Assembly (NCBI GenBank): GCA_963514005.1
Contig: OY740781.1
Location: 44,888,001 to 44,952,000, forward strand
Source: Raja brachyura
Lineage: Eukaryota
Length of the DNA: 64,000 bases
Reading direction: 5' to 3'
The notes beneath the pieces are model-generated. The model saw nothing but the letters and a program-made list of their open reading frames with translations, had not been told where the DNA came from and ran no database searches. A program made the translations under genes and the position numbers. Below are positions 36,711 through 49,192 of this stretch, in pieces. The stretch's first letter is position 1. Every line of letters starts with the position of its first letter.

Positions 36711-37201
36711 ATATACATTGAAGAATTTGTTTGAATACAGAGAGGGCTGATCAGTGTTGATCCTAGGATAGTAAAGAGTATATTATAGTCCAGAATAGTG
36801 ATAGTGAAATAGAAAAGGGATAGTACAGATAGAACAGAATTACAGTGGAATGTATGGGAAAGCATTAGCGCATGATTTGTAACTTGCTTTGTCCCAAGTT
36901 TTTCAGGGATTATAGGTTATAGGTTCGACTATGAAAAGGGATGGAAGAATGGGCATTAACACGGATGGAGGGAATTCACACCCATGAAAACTCGGGAGGT
37001 GAACACTCATCAGACGGAAATTGTGAAGCTACGCCCACGAAAACTCAGGAAGCTTGATAAGATTCTGGGAAGGAACATAATCATCTTGCTGTTAATAGAT
37101 GGAGAATGTAATAGTCACACATATGTATATCTGGTTATCTGATTATCTGATTATTTGGTTATCATAAATGATGGTTTATCATATGTGATAAAAGGAAGGA
37201 A

Positions 37202-37904
37202 TGTTAATCCTGGTCAAATTGGAGCAGCCAGGACATTAAAATTGAGTAAGGGCTTGTGTGCTGCTAGGCCATTTTAGTCAAATTAAATGTGCCTTTTTCA
37301 GAACAGGGACAAGCTGCTGAATGGTGCCAGTTTGTCTGCGGCCTAGATAAGAGCTGCAGGAAAAGAATGGGACATCTGTAGAATCTTACAATAAGGTGTA
37401 AATTGCCCGGAGCTGATTGGGTGAATGCAAACCAGATATACATAGTGTAAATAATGTTGCAAAGTCTTATTTGGATAGTTACTGATCGGTTGAAATGTTG
37501 AGCCTTGGAAGAACTGTCTGAATCCCAGGGCACATCTTGCTATGTTTGCTTCCTTCTAGAACCTTCTTTCCAATACAATGTGTATAAGATTATATTATTG
37601 GGTTAGGGAGCTGTCAATTATGTACTGTTATAATTAATATGTATTATTGGTTTGTAGGGTTGCTGCCCCCAAGTAATGCCACACCCTTTGTTTGGAAGGG
37701 TATAAGAGGGCGTGTAATTATTTGGGGTGTGTTGGTTGAATGTGACTTCTGTTCTGTATGCACGAGATATTATTGTCTTGCATGGGTGGATCAGCAACCG
37801 TTCCTGCAGTTTGTTCTTCAATAAAGTAAGGTTTAGGAACCAGAGTTTGACTTAATGTTTGACTAAACCAGACCAAGGGGGTAAGTCTAGAACCGGAATT
37901 TACA
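37202..37904 (+). repeat. ERV-B 3' LTR (703 bp), preceded by PPT AAAAGGAAGGAA
   Basis: TGTT..TACA, TATAAG at 37701, AATAAA 37820-37825; U5 end resembles the ERV-A LTR end. Confidence 0.93.
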
Positions 37905-38065
37905 GAACAACAAATTACATTAAATTTATTGGTGGACCAGCCCAGTGATGAAGTGGCTTGTTGTTAGAAGTTCACAAAATGCATGTTCACAATGACTTCT
38001 CTCATACTGCAAGCATGAAATGTGCCTCTGATGGTTGTAAATTGCTTGATTGTAATTATGTATTA

Positions 38066-41000
38066 CATAGAAACTTAGAAAAATAGGTGCAGGAGTAGGC
38101 CATTTGGCCCTTCGAGCCAGAACTGCCATTCAATATGATCATGGCTGAACGTCCAAAATTAATACCCCATTCCAGCTTTTTCCCCTTCTCCCTTGGTTCC
38201 CTTAGCCCTAAGAGCTAAATCCAACTCTCTCATGAAAACATCAAATTAATTGATCTCCACTGCCTTCTGTGGCAGAGAATTCTAAAGATGTACAACTCTC
38301 TGGGTGAAAAAGGTTTTCCTCATCTCAGTCCTGGTGAACCTACGCTGCACTCCCTCAATGGTAATAAGGTCCTTCCTCAAATTAGGATACCAAAATTGCA
38401 CACAATACTCCAGGTGCGGTCTCACCAGGACCCTGTAAAACTGCAATAGAACCTCCTTGGTCCGAAACTCAAGTACTCTCGCAATGGCAGCCAGCATTGG
38501 CTTTCTTCACTGCCTGCTGTACATGCATGCTTACTTTCAATGACTGATGTACAGCACACCCAGATCTCATTGCAACTCCCCTTCTCCTAATCTGACACCA
38601 TTCAGATAATAATCTGCCTTCCTGTTTTGCCACCAAAGTGGATAACCTCATTTTTCCGAAATATACTGCATCTGCGATGCTTTTGCCGACTCACCCAACC
38701 TATCCAAGTTACCCTGCAGCCTCATAGCATTCTCCTCGCAGCTCACACTGGCACCTAGCTTTGTGTCATTTGTAAACTTGGAGATGTTACATTTAATTCA
38801 CTCGTCTAAATGGTTAATATATATTGTAAACAACTGGGGTCCCAGCACCGAGCCTTGCGGCACCCCACTAGTCACTGCCTGCCATTCTGAAAAGGACCTT
38901 TTAATTCATACTCTTTGCTTCCTGTCTGCCAACCAGTTCTCCATCCATGTTAATATTCTACCCCCAATACCCTTTGCTCTAATTTTGCACACTAGTCTCT
39001 TGTGTGGGACCTTGTCAAAGGCTTTTTGAAAGTCCATTTGCACCACACCATTGGCTCGCTCTTATCCATTCTACTTGTGACAGAGAGCGGGGAGGCCCAT
39101 GGGCTGTCGGACCGCTGAACAATCCCCATGTCCTCCGTTAGTTGAAACTCATCCCGGGCGATGCGCAGCTTGTCCAGCAGGAGGCGACGCGCCCGGGCAT
39201 GTACCGGAGGACCTTCGGTGGGGATGTGGTGCACGACCCCATGCTTAGGGGCCGTCCCGCTAAAACGGGGTGTGAGGAGCTCAGGAAAATCTGACAGCAG
39301 GGTGGCATAAGAACCGTCGACCTCGGCGACGACGCTGAGTTGCGAGTCGGGTGGGGGCGGGGGCAGCAGCACGGTGGAGCCGATGGCCGATCGCGGAGTC
39401 ATGCAGCCGCCCTGTACATCCATGACAATGGAAAAGACGTGTAGGAAATCAGCCCCAGGAGCGGCTGAGTGATGTCCGCCATGATAAACGTCCTCTCGTA
39501 TGGGCGGGAGTCGAAGGTAAGTGAAAGACTCCGCGTACCGTACGTTCGAATGGTACACCTGTTGATGGCTGTGAGCACGGGGTCCTGCTTACCAACACGA
39601 GTGTCACGCCCGGTTGGATGGAGGATGCTGACAATTGCACCGGAGTCCACGAGAAAACGGCGGTCGGAGTGGCGGTCGCGCATGGAGAGGCGGGTATTCG
39701 GGCCGATCGTGATCGCCTCTTCAGATGATCGGCCGAGGCATTTCCCTGAAACGCACAGGGCTGGCAGCAGCATCGGGCCTCCGCGCCCCATCGGAAATGA
39801 TGGAAACACCAACGGTGCCTACCGCGAGTCCCGGATCGCTGCTGTTGCTACGCGCTGGAACTCGTGGGCGTGGCCTCGTCGCAGTCACACTGAGGAGAAG
39901 GGCGTGTTTGTGCAGACACACAGTTACTGGTGCCGCCATCTTGGTGTTTCGTCAGCCATAGTTCGTCAGCCCGTTCGGCGAGCTGCAGAGGATCGGCAAA
40001 GTCCGCACCTGCGAGCATGAGGCAGACGTCATCCGGCATCTGTTCTAAGAATGCCTGCTCGAACAGAAGGCACGGGCGGTGGTCATCCGTTAAGGTGAGT
40101 ATCTCGGCCATGAGAACCGACGGCTTGCGATTTCCCAAGCCGTCCATGTGCAGAAGGCAGGTGGCACGGTCCCAGCGGCTGAGCCCGAAATTCTGCAGGA
40201 GGAGGGCCTTGAAGCCTTCGTTCTTGGCGGTCGCGGGTGGGTTCTGCAGGACGGGCAGCAGATGGGACACTGACTCCTTCATAAGGGCACCTACAACATG
40301 GAAATATTTGGTTTTGTCAATGACGATATGGCGCACGTGGAACTGCGACTCCACGTGCGCGAAACACACTTGATACTCTTCAGGCCAGAACACCGGCAGC
40401 TTGAGATTGACGGTGCTCTGATGGGCATCCGGAACGGCATCAGGAACAGTGGCGTCCTGCATCAATTCAATTGGGCGCGTCGAGGTCACCAGTTTAGCAA
40501 GTCAAGACGGTAGGTTGATTTCCAAACGAGCTTTATTGCGAAAGTGGTGAAAACAACGGTAATCTTGTGACAGCTAAATACAATGCTACTACCACAACGG
40601 TGGTTAACAGAATGAATGGGCTTGCCCAGAAAAGCGCGTGTTCACGTCACGTCACTTCACGAGGTAGCTGATCACAGGGTTCAACTACTCACAGGCACCA
40701 GCAGGTTCCATTACAACCGATCCCATCACTGCTTTCCAAATGGACTGCTGTAACATCTTTAATAATTGACTCCAGCATTCATCCCCACTCCCGATGTAAG
40801 GCTAGCTGGTCTACCATTCCTCGTTTTCTCTCTCCCTTCTCTCTTAAAAAGTGGAGTTACATTGGCTACCCTCCAGTCCACCGAAACTGATCCAGAGTCG
40901 AGAGAACTTTGGAAAATGATCACCAATGCATCCACAATTTCTAGAGCCACCTCCTTGAGTACTCTGGGATGCAGACCACCGGGCCCTGGGGGTTTATCTG

Positions 41001-41168
41001 CCTTCAGTCCCAACAGTTTATCTAACACCATTTTCTGACTAATGTGGATTCCCTTCCGTTCCTCCCTCCCACTAGATCCTCGGTCCCCTAGTATTTCCGT
41101 GAGATTGTTTATGTCTTCCTTAGTGAGGACAGAACCAAAGTATTTGTTTAACTGTTCAGCCATTTCTT
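38066..41168 (-). mobile_element. CR1-type LINE, interrupted by a Gypsy fragment
   Basis: MAEQLNKYFGSV..PGPGGLHPRVLKE..DWRVANVTPLFK (40759-41163); RT C-terminal motifs and CATAGAAA tail at 38066. Confidence 0.92.
39083..40715 (-). mobile_element. 5' half of a second Gypsy element (LTR, PBS, gag, protease, RT start)
   Basis: LTR about 40493-40715 (minus begins TGTAA); PBS TGGTGACCTCGACG (tRNA-Trp-like); gag KLPVFWPE..FAHVESQF; FLVDSGA; HHIPTEGPPVHARARRL..SDSPWASPL. Confidence 0.9.
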
Positions 41169-42096
41169 TCCATTGACTGGGGACTATTGTCGTCCCGCTG
41201 ACTGGTTAGCATGCAACAAAAGGTTTTCACTGTACCTCGGTACATGTGACATTAAACAAAACTAAACTAAACTAAGCAAAATGAGCCCCAATTGGAAAAC
41301 ATATGCATTGTTGGAGATTCTTGCCCCTATTGACCAGATCCTGACCCAAATTGTCATCTATCCATGGTCTCCAGAGATGCTGCCTAACCCATTGAGTTAC
41401 TCCAGCACTTGGTATCTTTTTTGTAAATTATGCACAAGACTAATTTCCCTTCATAATATCTCCATAGGAATGCCAATCATCTGCACCCTACCGTACCACC
41501 TTGGCTGTGTGATATTTATCACCTCCAGCCAATTTAAATAGGACCTAAAACCTGACACATTTTACTCTGCCATGGATGGCTGAGAAATTAATTTGTCATC
41601 GTTGTTTCCAACTGAATACCCATTAGTCATTTAAATCTAGACCTCCATTTTCCATGGTGTAAATCAGCTGATCCATTACTGCCTGTATTCATCTCAGCAG
41701 TCAAGTTCAAAATTCACCCTGGTGTTGTGTTTAATGCTCTGTGATGTGCACTATTGACATATGAATCTCTGCAATAAAACTTCCAGTCCTTCAGGATTGC
41801 CCTTGAATCTCCAGATTGAACTCTTGGACCCTGAGTCATGTAGCTTGGAAGAAAAATCAAAAGAGAATTAAAAAGAATTGTTGCCAAGGGATTCTTTTTG
41901 AAAACCCTGCTTGGATAGCAGTCAGTTTGCGGCAGCCCACGGCAGCATGAATTACTGAACAGGTTTCTCACCATGAAAGAAAGTCTATCCACCTGCTCTA
42001 AAATTGTAGAAATCACATAAAGTCGAGCACAGAGTTAATTCCAGTGAGTCCTGTGGAAAGGGACTCATCGGGGAATGAGTGGGTTTGCTCAAGGAT

Positions 42097-42555
42097 CAAG
42101 TCAAAGTCAAGTCAAAAGAGTTTATTGTCATGTGTCCCTGACAGGACAATGAAATTCTTTCTTTGCATAGCACGACAGAACATAGTAGGCATTGACTACA
42201 ATTGTATACGTAAATACACACATGAATGAATAAATTGATAAATTGCAAATAACAGATGGAGTGGTATTAATGTTCAGAGTTTTGTCCGAGCCAAGTTTAA
42301 TAGCCTGATGGCTGTGGGGAAGTAGCTATTCCTGAACCGGGTCGTTGCAGTCCTCAGGCTCCTGTACCTTCTACCCTAAGGTAGCAGGGAGATGAATGTG
42401 TGGCCAGGATGGTGTGGGTCCTTGATGATGCTGCCACCCTTTTTGAAGCAGCGACTGTGGTAGATCCCCTCGATGGAAGGAAGGTCAGAGCCGATGATGA
42501 ACTGGGCAGTGTTTACTACTTTTTGTAGTGTTTTCCTCTCCAGGGCGCTGAAGTT
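42097..42555 (-). mobile_element. Rex/Babar-like LINE 3' end or derived repeat
   Basis: (TCAAG)n tail, tttattgtcatgtgtcc tail motif, cagagccgatgatg.. body typical of this group; family assignment is inference. Confidence 0.55.
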
Positions 42556-43959
42556 CAGAAGGCGACTTACAATTTGGAATCCAAAAGGGGTAACTGCAAG
42601 TCATGTTGGGGCTGGATTGTAGGTGATGGGGTTGAGATTAGATTGTGTAGTTGAACAAATGGGATGGGATTGTAAGGTAGGAATCTATTCTGAGGAATCT
42701 TGAGGCAGTGGAGTAAAATCAATGTAAAGAATGGTCAAGACTCAGACAATTAAAGAAGGGAGCTCAGGATTTGTTTGTTAATGTGGTCAGATAAAGAAAT
42801 TGTCGGAGTTATTGAGAAACATGAACTCCACATCTACACTGTCAAATACCATAAGAACTTATACATCTCAGTGAGACCACTTATTCTTAGAGACTCCAGA
42901 GTGGAGTGTCCTAGTCCACAATCTCTCTTCATGCAAAATTTAAAAAAACATATTGTGTTTGTCTACAGTATATTTCCGAAGATATTCTGAATCCTGCTCA
43001 TAGCCTACTCTGTCATTTTAATTTTATTCGCCACCATAATATTTCCAGTCTACATTTGCAAGGGGACCACATCAACTTAAGTAAATTAAGTAAATTTTTA
43101 CACAGAGGAACTCAGACAGTCTGTTTCTACCTCTGTTACTACTCTGCGTTCTATGGTTTCTTTCCCTATCAATTTCATCCTTAAGTGAACTCTGAATTTT
43201 CACAATCTTCAGGTCATAGTTATAGAGTACTAGAGCCCTACAGTGTAGAAACAGGCCCTTTCGCCCAACTTGCCCACACCGACCAACATGTCCCATCTAC
43301 ACTAGTCCCACTTGCCCAGGTTTACAACTATTTTAAAATCACAGACAACCAAAAAACGTTCCCTGTACCATTGCAACTTATTCTCCAGAGATGCTGCCTG
43401 TCCCGCTGAGTTACTCCAACATTTTGTATCTATTGTACCTTTGATTTAAACCAGCATCTGCAGTGCTTTCCTACCCATTGCAACTTATGCCCTCTCATAT
43501 GCCTGCCAATTACCTTTTATTTTGTTTTAGCATATACATACACCAAGAGTTAATTCACAGTGCAAATAAGTCTACCAGCATGTCTTTGGAGTTTTGAAAT
43601 TAGGCTTTGGATGGAAACACGCAAGGTCTCAAGGAAATGATGCAAATATCTCACGGACTGCATCTGTGGTCCCAATTGAACTTTATTTAGTTTTTTGAAG
43701 TGTGAAGTGTAAATAAGCAATTTACAAACTCTAAGAGTGTTCAACACATTTTAATGATAGCACAAGGTATTACATACATCCTCAAGTACTGGCTACATTC
43801 TTCTAGTGAACCGTACCCAGGAAGGGGAGGGCGTTATGATTGATGTTGACTAGGCGGGGTTAATGGTACTGAGGTAACTATGTTATTGGTTGCATGCAAA
43901 ACCATCTACATGTAGATGGAGTCGATGGTGGGTAGTCTGGTCTATGTAATGGACAGGAC

Positions 43960-44425
43960 TACATCAACAACTCTCTGTGATTTTGTGCATTCTTGGGCAG
44001 AGCTGTTCCCAAACAAACCTGACCGCATGCTTTCTACTGTGCATCCTCAAATGCAAGAGTCATTGGAGGCATGCCAAATTTCTTCAGTCTCCTGAGGAAC
44101 TAAAGGCATTGGTGTTTTTTTTTGGCTGTAACTTCAATGTAGTTAGGTCATGACAGATTGTTGGTAATATTTATGCGTAGAGACTTAAAGCTAATAACCA
44201 TTTCCACTTCGGCATCAATGACTGCTAATTGAGGCATGTACTCAACCATGCTTCCTGAAGTTGATAACTAACTCCTTCAACTTGCCAACGTTGAGGCAGA
44301 GGTTATTGCCCTGACATCACGTTACTACACTCTCTATCTACTTTCTGTACTTTGTCTCATCATTGTTTGACATCTGGCCCACCACAGCGTTGTCAACTGC
44401 AAACCTATAGATTAAGTTAGAGCAG
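43960..44425 (-). mobile_element. Old Rex/Babar-like RT fragment
   Basis: Minus strand FAVDNAVVGQMS..CQGNNLCLNVGKLKELV; similar to 2040-2320. Confidence 0.6.
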
Positions 44426-45094
44426 GATTTGCCTGTTGCATATGCTGCAAAATACATTTGGATAGGTATAGGGATTAGAAAGTTTTAGGGGGATTTGGGA
44501 CAAAAGCACATGAATTGGACTACCTTAGAATAGGACATCTTTGTCAGCATGGAAGAGTTGGGCCGATGGGCTTGTTTCTGTGCTGACAAAGTGTGACTGT
44601 GACTTTACGATTCTTTGCATTTGCAGTGTTAGAGCTGCAACAGTAAATTCAACTATTGTTCCAGTCTGTCTCCAACCTCTACAGGATGACAAGAGCACTG
44701 GGATTTGGTGTCTCCCTGGCTTGGATAAGGATGGGTCATAGGAAAAAAGTCTCTCTAATTTTGAGGCCATTGCATATGGCAAACAATGATGTAAGTGTGA
44801 TACTTCTATTCCTGCAGGATGAAACTGACCGTCAGTTAGGAGATCAAGTGCATCAGAACACTGGAAGCGTGATCTTCGTATATCATGCAGCACCAGGCAA
44901 ATAGCTGAAGCCTCTCCTCCAGAGGTTCAGGGTTTCTTGGCCAGTCTGCAGGCCTTGGGTAGTACTCTTGTTATAGTGCAAGTAAGGAGGTGAAGAAGGA
45001 AGAGTGCTTGATGGTCTTGGAATGCCCAAAAGAGAGATGTAGTAGTGATGAAGCAGAAGTAATTACCTCGTACATGAAGAGGTAAGCACAAAAG

Positions 45095-45672
45095 TTCACA
45101 CGTTCATATATTATAGGAGTAGAATTAGGCCATTCGGCCCATTGAGTCTACTCCACCATTCAATCATGGCTGATCTCTGCCACCTAATCCCATGTTCCTG
45201 CCTTCTCCCCATAACCCTTGACACCCATACTAATCAGGAACCTTTCTATCTCTGCCTTAAAAATGTCTACGGACATGGTCTCCACAGACCTCTGAGGCAA
45301 TGTTCCACAGATTAACTACCTTCTTACTAAATAAGTTCTTCCTCACGAACTTTTTAAAAGAGCATCCTTTAATTCTGAGGCTATGACTGCTGGTCCTAGA
45401 CACTCCCACCAGTGGAAACATCCTTTTCCATGTCCACTCTATCTATGCCTTTAATTATTCTGCAAGTTTCAATGAAGTCCCCAAACAACCTTCTAAACTA
45501 CAGCGAGTCGAGGCCCAGTGTTGTGAAATGTTCATCGCATGCTAACCCACTCATTCCTGGAAACCTCCTCTGGACCCTCTCCAGAGCCAGCACATCCTTC
45601 CTCAGATATGGGGGCCCAAAGTTTCTCACAGTACTCCAAATGTGGCCTGGCCAGTGCCTTATAGAGTCTCAG
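45095..45672 (-). mobile_element. CR1-type LINE 3' fragment (third subfamily)
   Basis: LRLYKALARPHLEYCEKLW.. and CR1 3' UTR. Confidence 0.85.
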
Positions 45673-45769
45673 CTGGCAGCTGGTGGGGAGGGGGGGGGGG
45701 GGGGCGGTGGAGGTGGAGGTGGAGGAGGAGGAGGAGAGAGGGCTCAAAAATAAAAGGGAGAGGCAAAGC

Positions 45770-46414
45770 AATCATAGCAAAAGGATTTGAGTATAGGAGC
45801 AGGGAGGTTCTACTTCAGTTGTATAGGGTCTTGGTGAGACCACACCTGGAGTATTATGTACAGTTCTGGTCTCCAAATCTGAGGAAGGACATTATTGCCA
45901 TAGAGGGAGTGCAGAGAAGGTTCACCAGATTGATTCCTGGGATGTCAGGAATGTCTTATGAAGAAAGACTGGATAGACTCGGTTTATGCTCTCTAGAATT
46001 TAGGAGATTGAGAGGGAATCTTATAGAAACTTACAAAATTCTTAAGGGGTTGGACAGGCTAGATGCAGGAATATTGTTCCCGATGTTGGGGAGGACCAGG
46101 ACAAGGGGTCACAGCTTAAGGATAAGGGGGAAATCCTTTAGGACCGAGATGAGAAGGACCTTTTTCACACAGAGAGTGGTGGGTCTCTGGAACTCTCTGC
46201 CACAGAGGGTAGTCGAGGCCAGTTCATTGGCTATATTTAAGAGGGAGTTAGATTTGGCCCTTGTGGCTAAGGGGATCGATCAGAGGATATGGAGAGAAGA
46301 CAGGTACGGGAAACTGAGTTAGATGATCAGCCATGATCATATTGAATGGCGGTGCAGGCTCGAAGGGCCAAATGGCCTACTCCTGCACCTAATTTCTATG
46401 TTTCTATGTTTCTA
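45770..46414 (+). mobile_element. CR1-type LINE 3' fragment, same subfamily as 18060-18533
   Basis: KGFEYRSREVLLQLYRVLVRPHLEY..RRLRGNLIETYKI; (TTTCTATG)n tail. Confidence 0.92.
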
Positions 46415-47464
46415 AGAAGGAATGGATTAATGCAAATCGAAGCCTGACTGGGGGAGTGTGGAGTTAGAGGGAGATTTGCTTAAAAGAAGGGGGGCATCAT
46501 AGCTGAGATGTTCAAGGGAATAATGTCCTTAATGTCCATAATGTTAAAAAGAGAACGGTGATATTCAGTTTATGTGCCGTGTGTTGTGCTGTATGTGTGT
46601 GTGTGCACGCATGCGTGTGTGCGTGCTGTTTATGTGTAAGTGGGTGTGTGAGCGTGTGTCCACATACTGCACATACTGCTTGCTTTGTCAGAACAGCAGA
46701 TCCTGGGTTCCAGTTGTCTTGCATTCCCTTGTTATTGGCATAACCTCGCTCCATCAAAATCACCAAGTGGACAATGACTACCTCACCTCAAATTTATTCA
46801 TGTCAGGCATGATCCATTGCTCGGAACTGGAGTGAATCCAAGTCATCTTCCACCATAAGGAATTGAAAGGAATCATCTCAACGAAAGATGTATCTATATA
46901 ACAAATGCTTTTAAAGAAAAAGATGTAAGTTCATAGCTTGCTGGAAGTACCAAACAAAATCACCAGCAGTTCTGATTTTGTTTCACCTGACACATCTTTT
47001 GGACCATGTGAATTGGAGATGGGGAGAGAGTGGTTGATAATTCTGGCTGGTTTGATTTAGCTCATTAAACCACCTTTCTCAATTAGTGGTAATTTTTGTC
47101 ACTCTACATAAATACATATGAGGGATTGTAGCATCCAGTCATAACTCCTGAAGCAGTGAAATAATTGGACTGAATTATAAATGCTTACCCATTGCAGATT
47201 GATAATTGATGACTAATGTACAGTTTATGCTGCTATTCTGTCTGAAGAGCAATCACTTGAGGGGTGGCAAATGTGTGTTAATTTTTTTTACAATTGATTA
47301 TTCAATTTCTTAGATTCTCCTGATTCAATTATTTTAATTTTATTCTATGCAATATGAATTTTAACAGTTAATCTTGTAAATGTTCCATTATTGGTGAAGA
47401 ATGGCAGCCTTCTCTGAGTTTTGGAAAATTTCTCCTATTTTGATGCCTATGCTGATATGGTGTT

Positions 47465-47790
47465 TAGTTTTAGTTTAGTTTTGAGATAGAACGCGGAAAC
47501 AGGTCCTTCAGCCCACAAGCGCATGACCAGCAATCACCGACCAGCGATCCCCACACACTAACACTATCCTGCACACACTGGGGAAAATTTACAAGTTTAC
47601 CAAGCCAATTAGCCTAGAAACCTGTACGTTTTTGGAGTCTGGGAGGGAACCGGAGCTCCCGGAGAAAACCCGTGCAGATCACGGGGAGAACGTACAAACC
47701 CCATACAGACAGCACATGTAGACACGATCAAACCCAGGTCCCTGGTGATGTAAGAAAGCAACTCTACCGCTGCACCACTGTGCCCCCCCA
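47465..47790 (-). mobile_element. tRNA-derived V-SINE (HE1-like)
   Basis: Minus strand tRNA-like head with A/B-like boxes (ggcacagtggtgcagcggtagag..gggtttgatc), V-domain gtacgttctccccgtg..ttctccgggagctccggttccctccca, LINE-like tail. Confidence 0.85.
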
Positions 47791-48579
47791 GGGCAACCCC
47801 ACGGTGAATGTATGTGTTTATTCTAAATCAGTTGATGAACTCTCAACAAATACAGAAGCAAATAATTGTTGCAATGCTGCTCCCTGCCAAACCCCTCTGA
47901 AAATATCATCAGCCCAGTGCAAGAGTGCCATAAGAAATCAACTGTATCTCCATCTCTTCCATTTGTTTAATAACCATTTGATGCCTCAGCAATTCTAGAT
48001 CAGTGTGACATTTTCCACAACCATTTCCAATTTAAAATCATTCTGCAAAAATGTAAGAGGTAGATCTCATATGAGATTCAAACCATCATGTATTTCAATA
48101 GGGATTATAGAAGTGGAGAGGTCCTATGGAAGAGAACAGAAACAACATCCAGTATAATGGGTATTTATTAACAAGGCTCCATCAAACAATTCTAGGTTAA
48201 TGTATACCATGAATTATAAATTACGGCTCAAGATCAATGAGATACTCTTCGGTCTGAATTGCTGATCTATATTAATGCAATACTGAAATGTTTTAGAACA
48301 AAAGTACATTTGACGGTTTTGACAGGGTTTTGCTATTGAAAATGACAGTGTCCTAAAGTATTCTGATCTCCTCAATCAAAGAGTAGAGAAGTCTAATATG
48401 TCACTTCATGGAGGGGATATTCCTGATTTTGTGCCAAGTACTTGGGGGTAGAAATGGATTCTTGATCCCTGCAGCTAGATAAAGTAGTGCTGAGCATTGT
48501 ATTACTTGCAGCGCCATAATTCACAGGCCGAGTACAACAGACAGTCACTGATACATTGCATATTTAATTTAGATTAGTG

Positions 48580-48812
48580 TTGTGATACAGCACGTGAACA
48601 GGCCCCTCGGCCCACTGACTCCATGCCAACCAGTGATCACCCCATACACTAGCACCATCTTACACACTAGGGACAATTTTATCAAGCAAATTAACCTACA
48701 AACCTGTACGTCTTTGGAGTGTGGGAGGAAACAGGAGCACCTGGAGATATCCGTGGTCAAGATCGAACCAGGGTTTCTGGCCTTGCATGGCAGCAACTCT
48801 ACCACTACACTA
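48580..48812 (-). mobile_element. V-SINE (HE1-like), internally deleted
   Basis: Same head, V-domain and tail as 47465-47790. Confidence 0.8.
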
Positions 48813-49047
48813 CTGTGTTACTGTTGGTTTCAGCAACTGCATTGAAGAATCAACAAAGCACATGACTCTGACAAGGGTAACCCAATAAAGATGTAAGCAC
48901 AAGCTTACAGTTTCCTAATGGTCTGCATCACAGTGATCCAGTACATCTACATGCAGAGTCAGGAAAATCTATCCTTACGTCTGCAAATGGAACAGAGGGC
49001 TGGTGAGAGCAATAATATTTTCATACACAAATTGCATGTGATTACAA

Positions 49048-49192
49048 TTGACAATAGACAATAGCTGCAAGAGTAGGCCATTTGGCCCTTCGAGCCAGCA
49101 CCGTTATTCACTGTGATCATAGCCAATCAGTACCCCGTTCCTGTCTTCTCCCCATATCCCTTGACTCTGCAATCTTTAAGAGCTCTAACTCT
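49048..49192 (-). mobile_element. CR1 3' end fragment
   Basis: (ACAATAG)n tail and conserved 3' UTR. Confidence 0.8.

Larger units (their letters stand above)
28131..37904 (+). mobile_element. Endogenous retrovirus ERV-B, related to ERV-A, heavily deleted
   Basis: Two LTR copies; 4-bp TSD GAAC at 28127-28130 and 37905-37908; gag and pol pieces align with ERV-A. Confidence 0.93.

Noticed and set aside
39469-40373. Long plus-strand ORFs opposite the Gypsy gag/protease
   Set aside because: Antisense shadows of GC-rich coding sequence with no motifs.
45642-46322. 226-aa ORF with a Gly/Arg/Trp-rich N-terminus as a novel fusion protein
   Set aside because: Chance read-through from a G-rich low-complexity tract into a CR1 fragment.
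45095-46414. Divergent CR1 pair as a twin-priming inversion
   Set aside because: The two arms cover the same region of ORF2, differ in sequence and tail, and so are separate subfamily insertions.
46512-46930. Short ORFs and splice-like motifs near a (TG)n tract
   Set aside because: Partly microsatellite-derived; no recognisable peptide or consistent exon structure.
47700-47790. tRNA gene
   Set aside because: tRNA-derived SINE head with V-domain and LINE tail; no complete cloverleaf.
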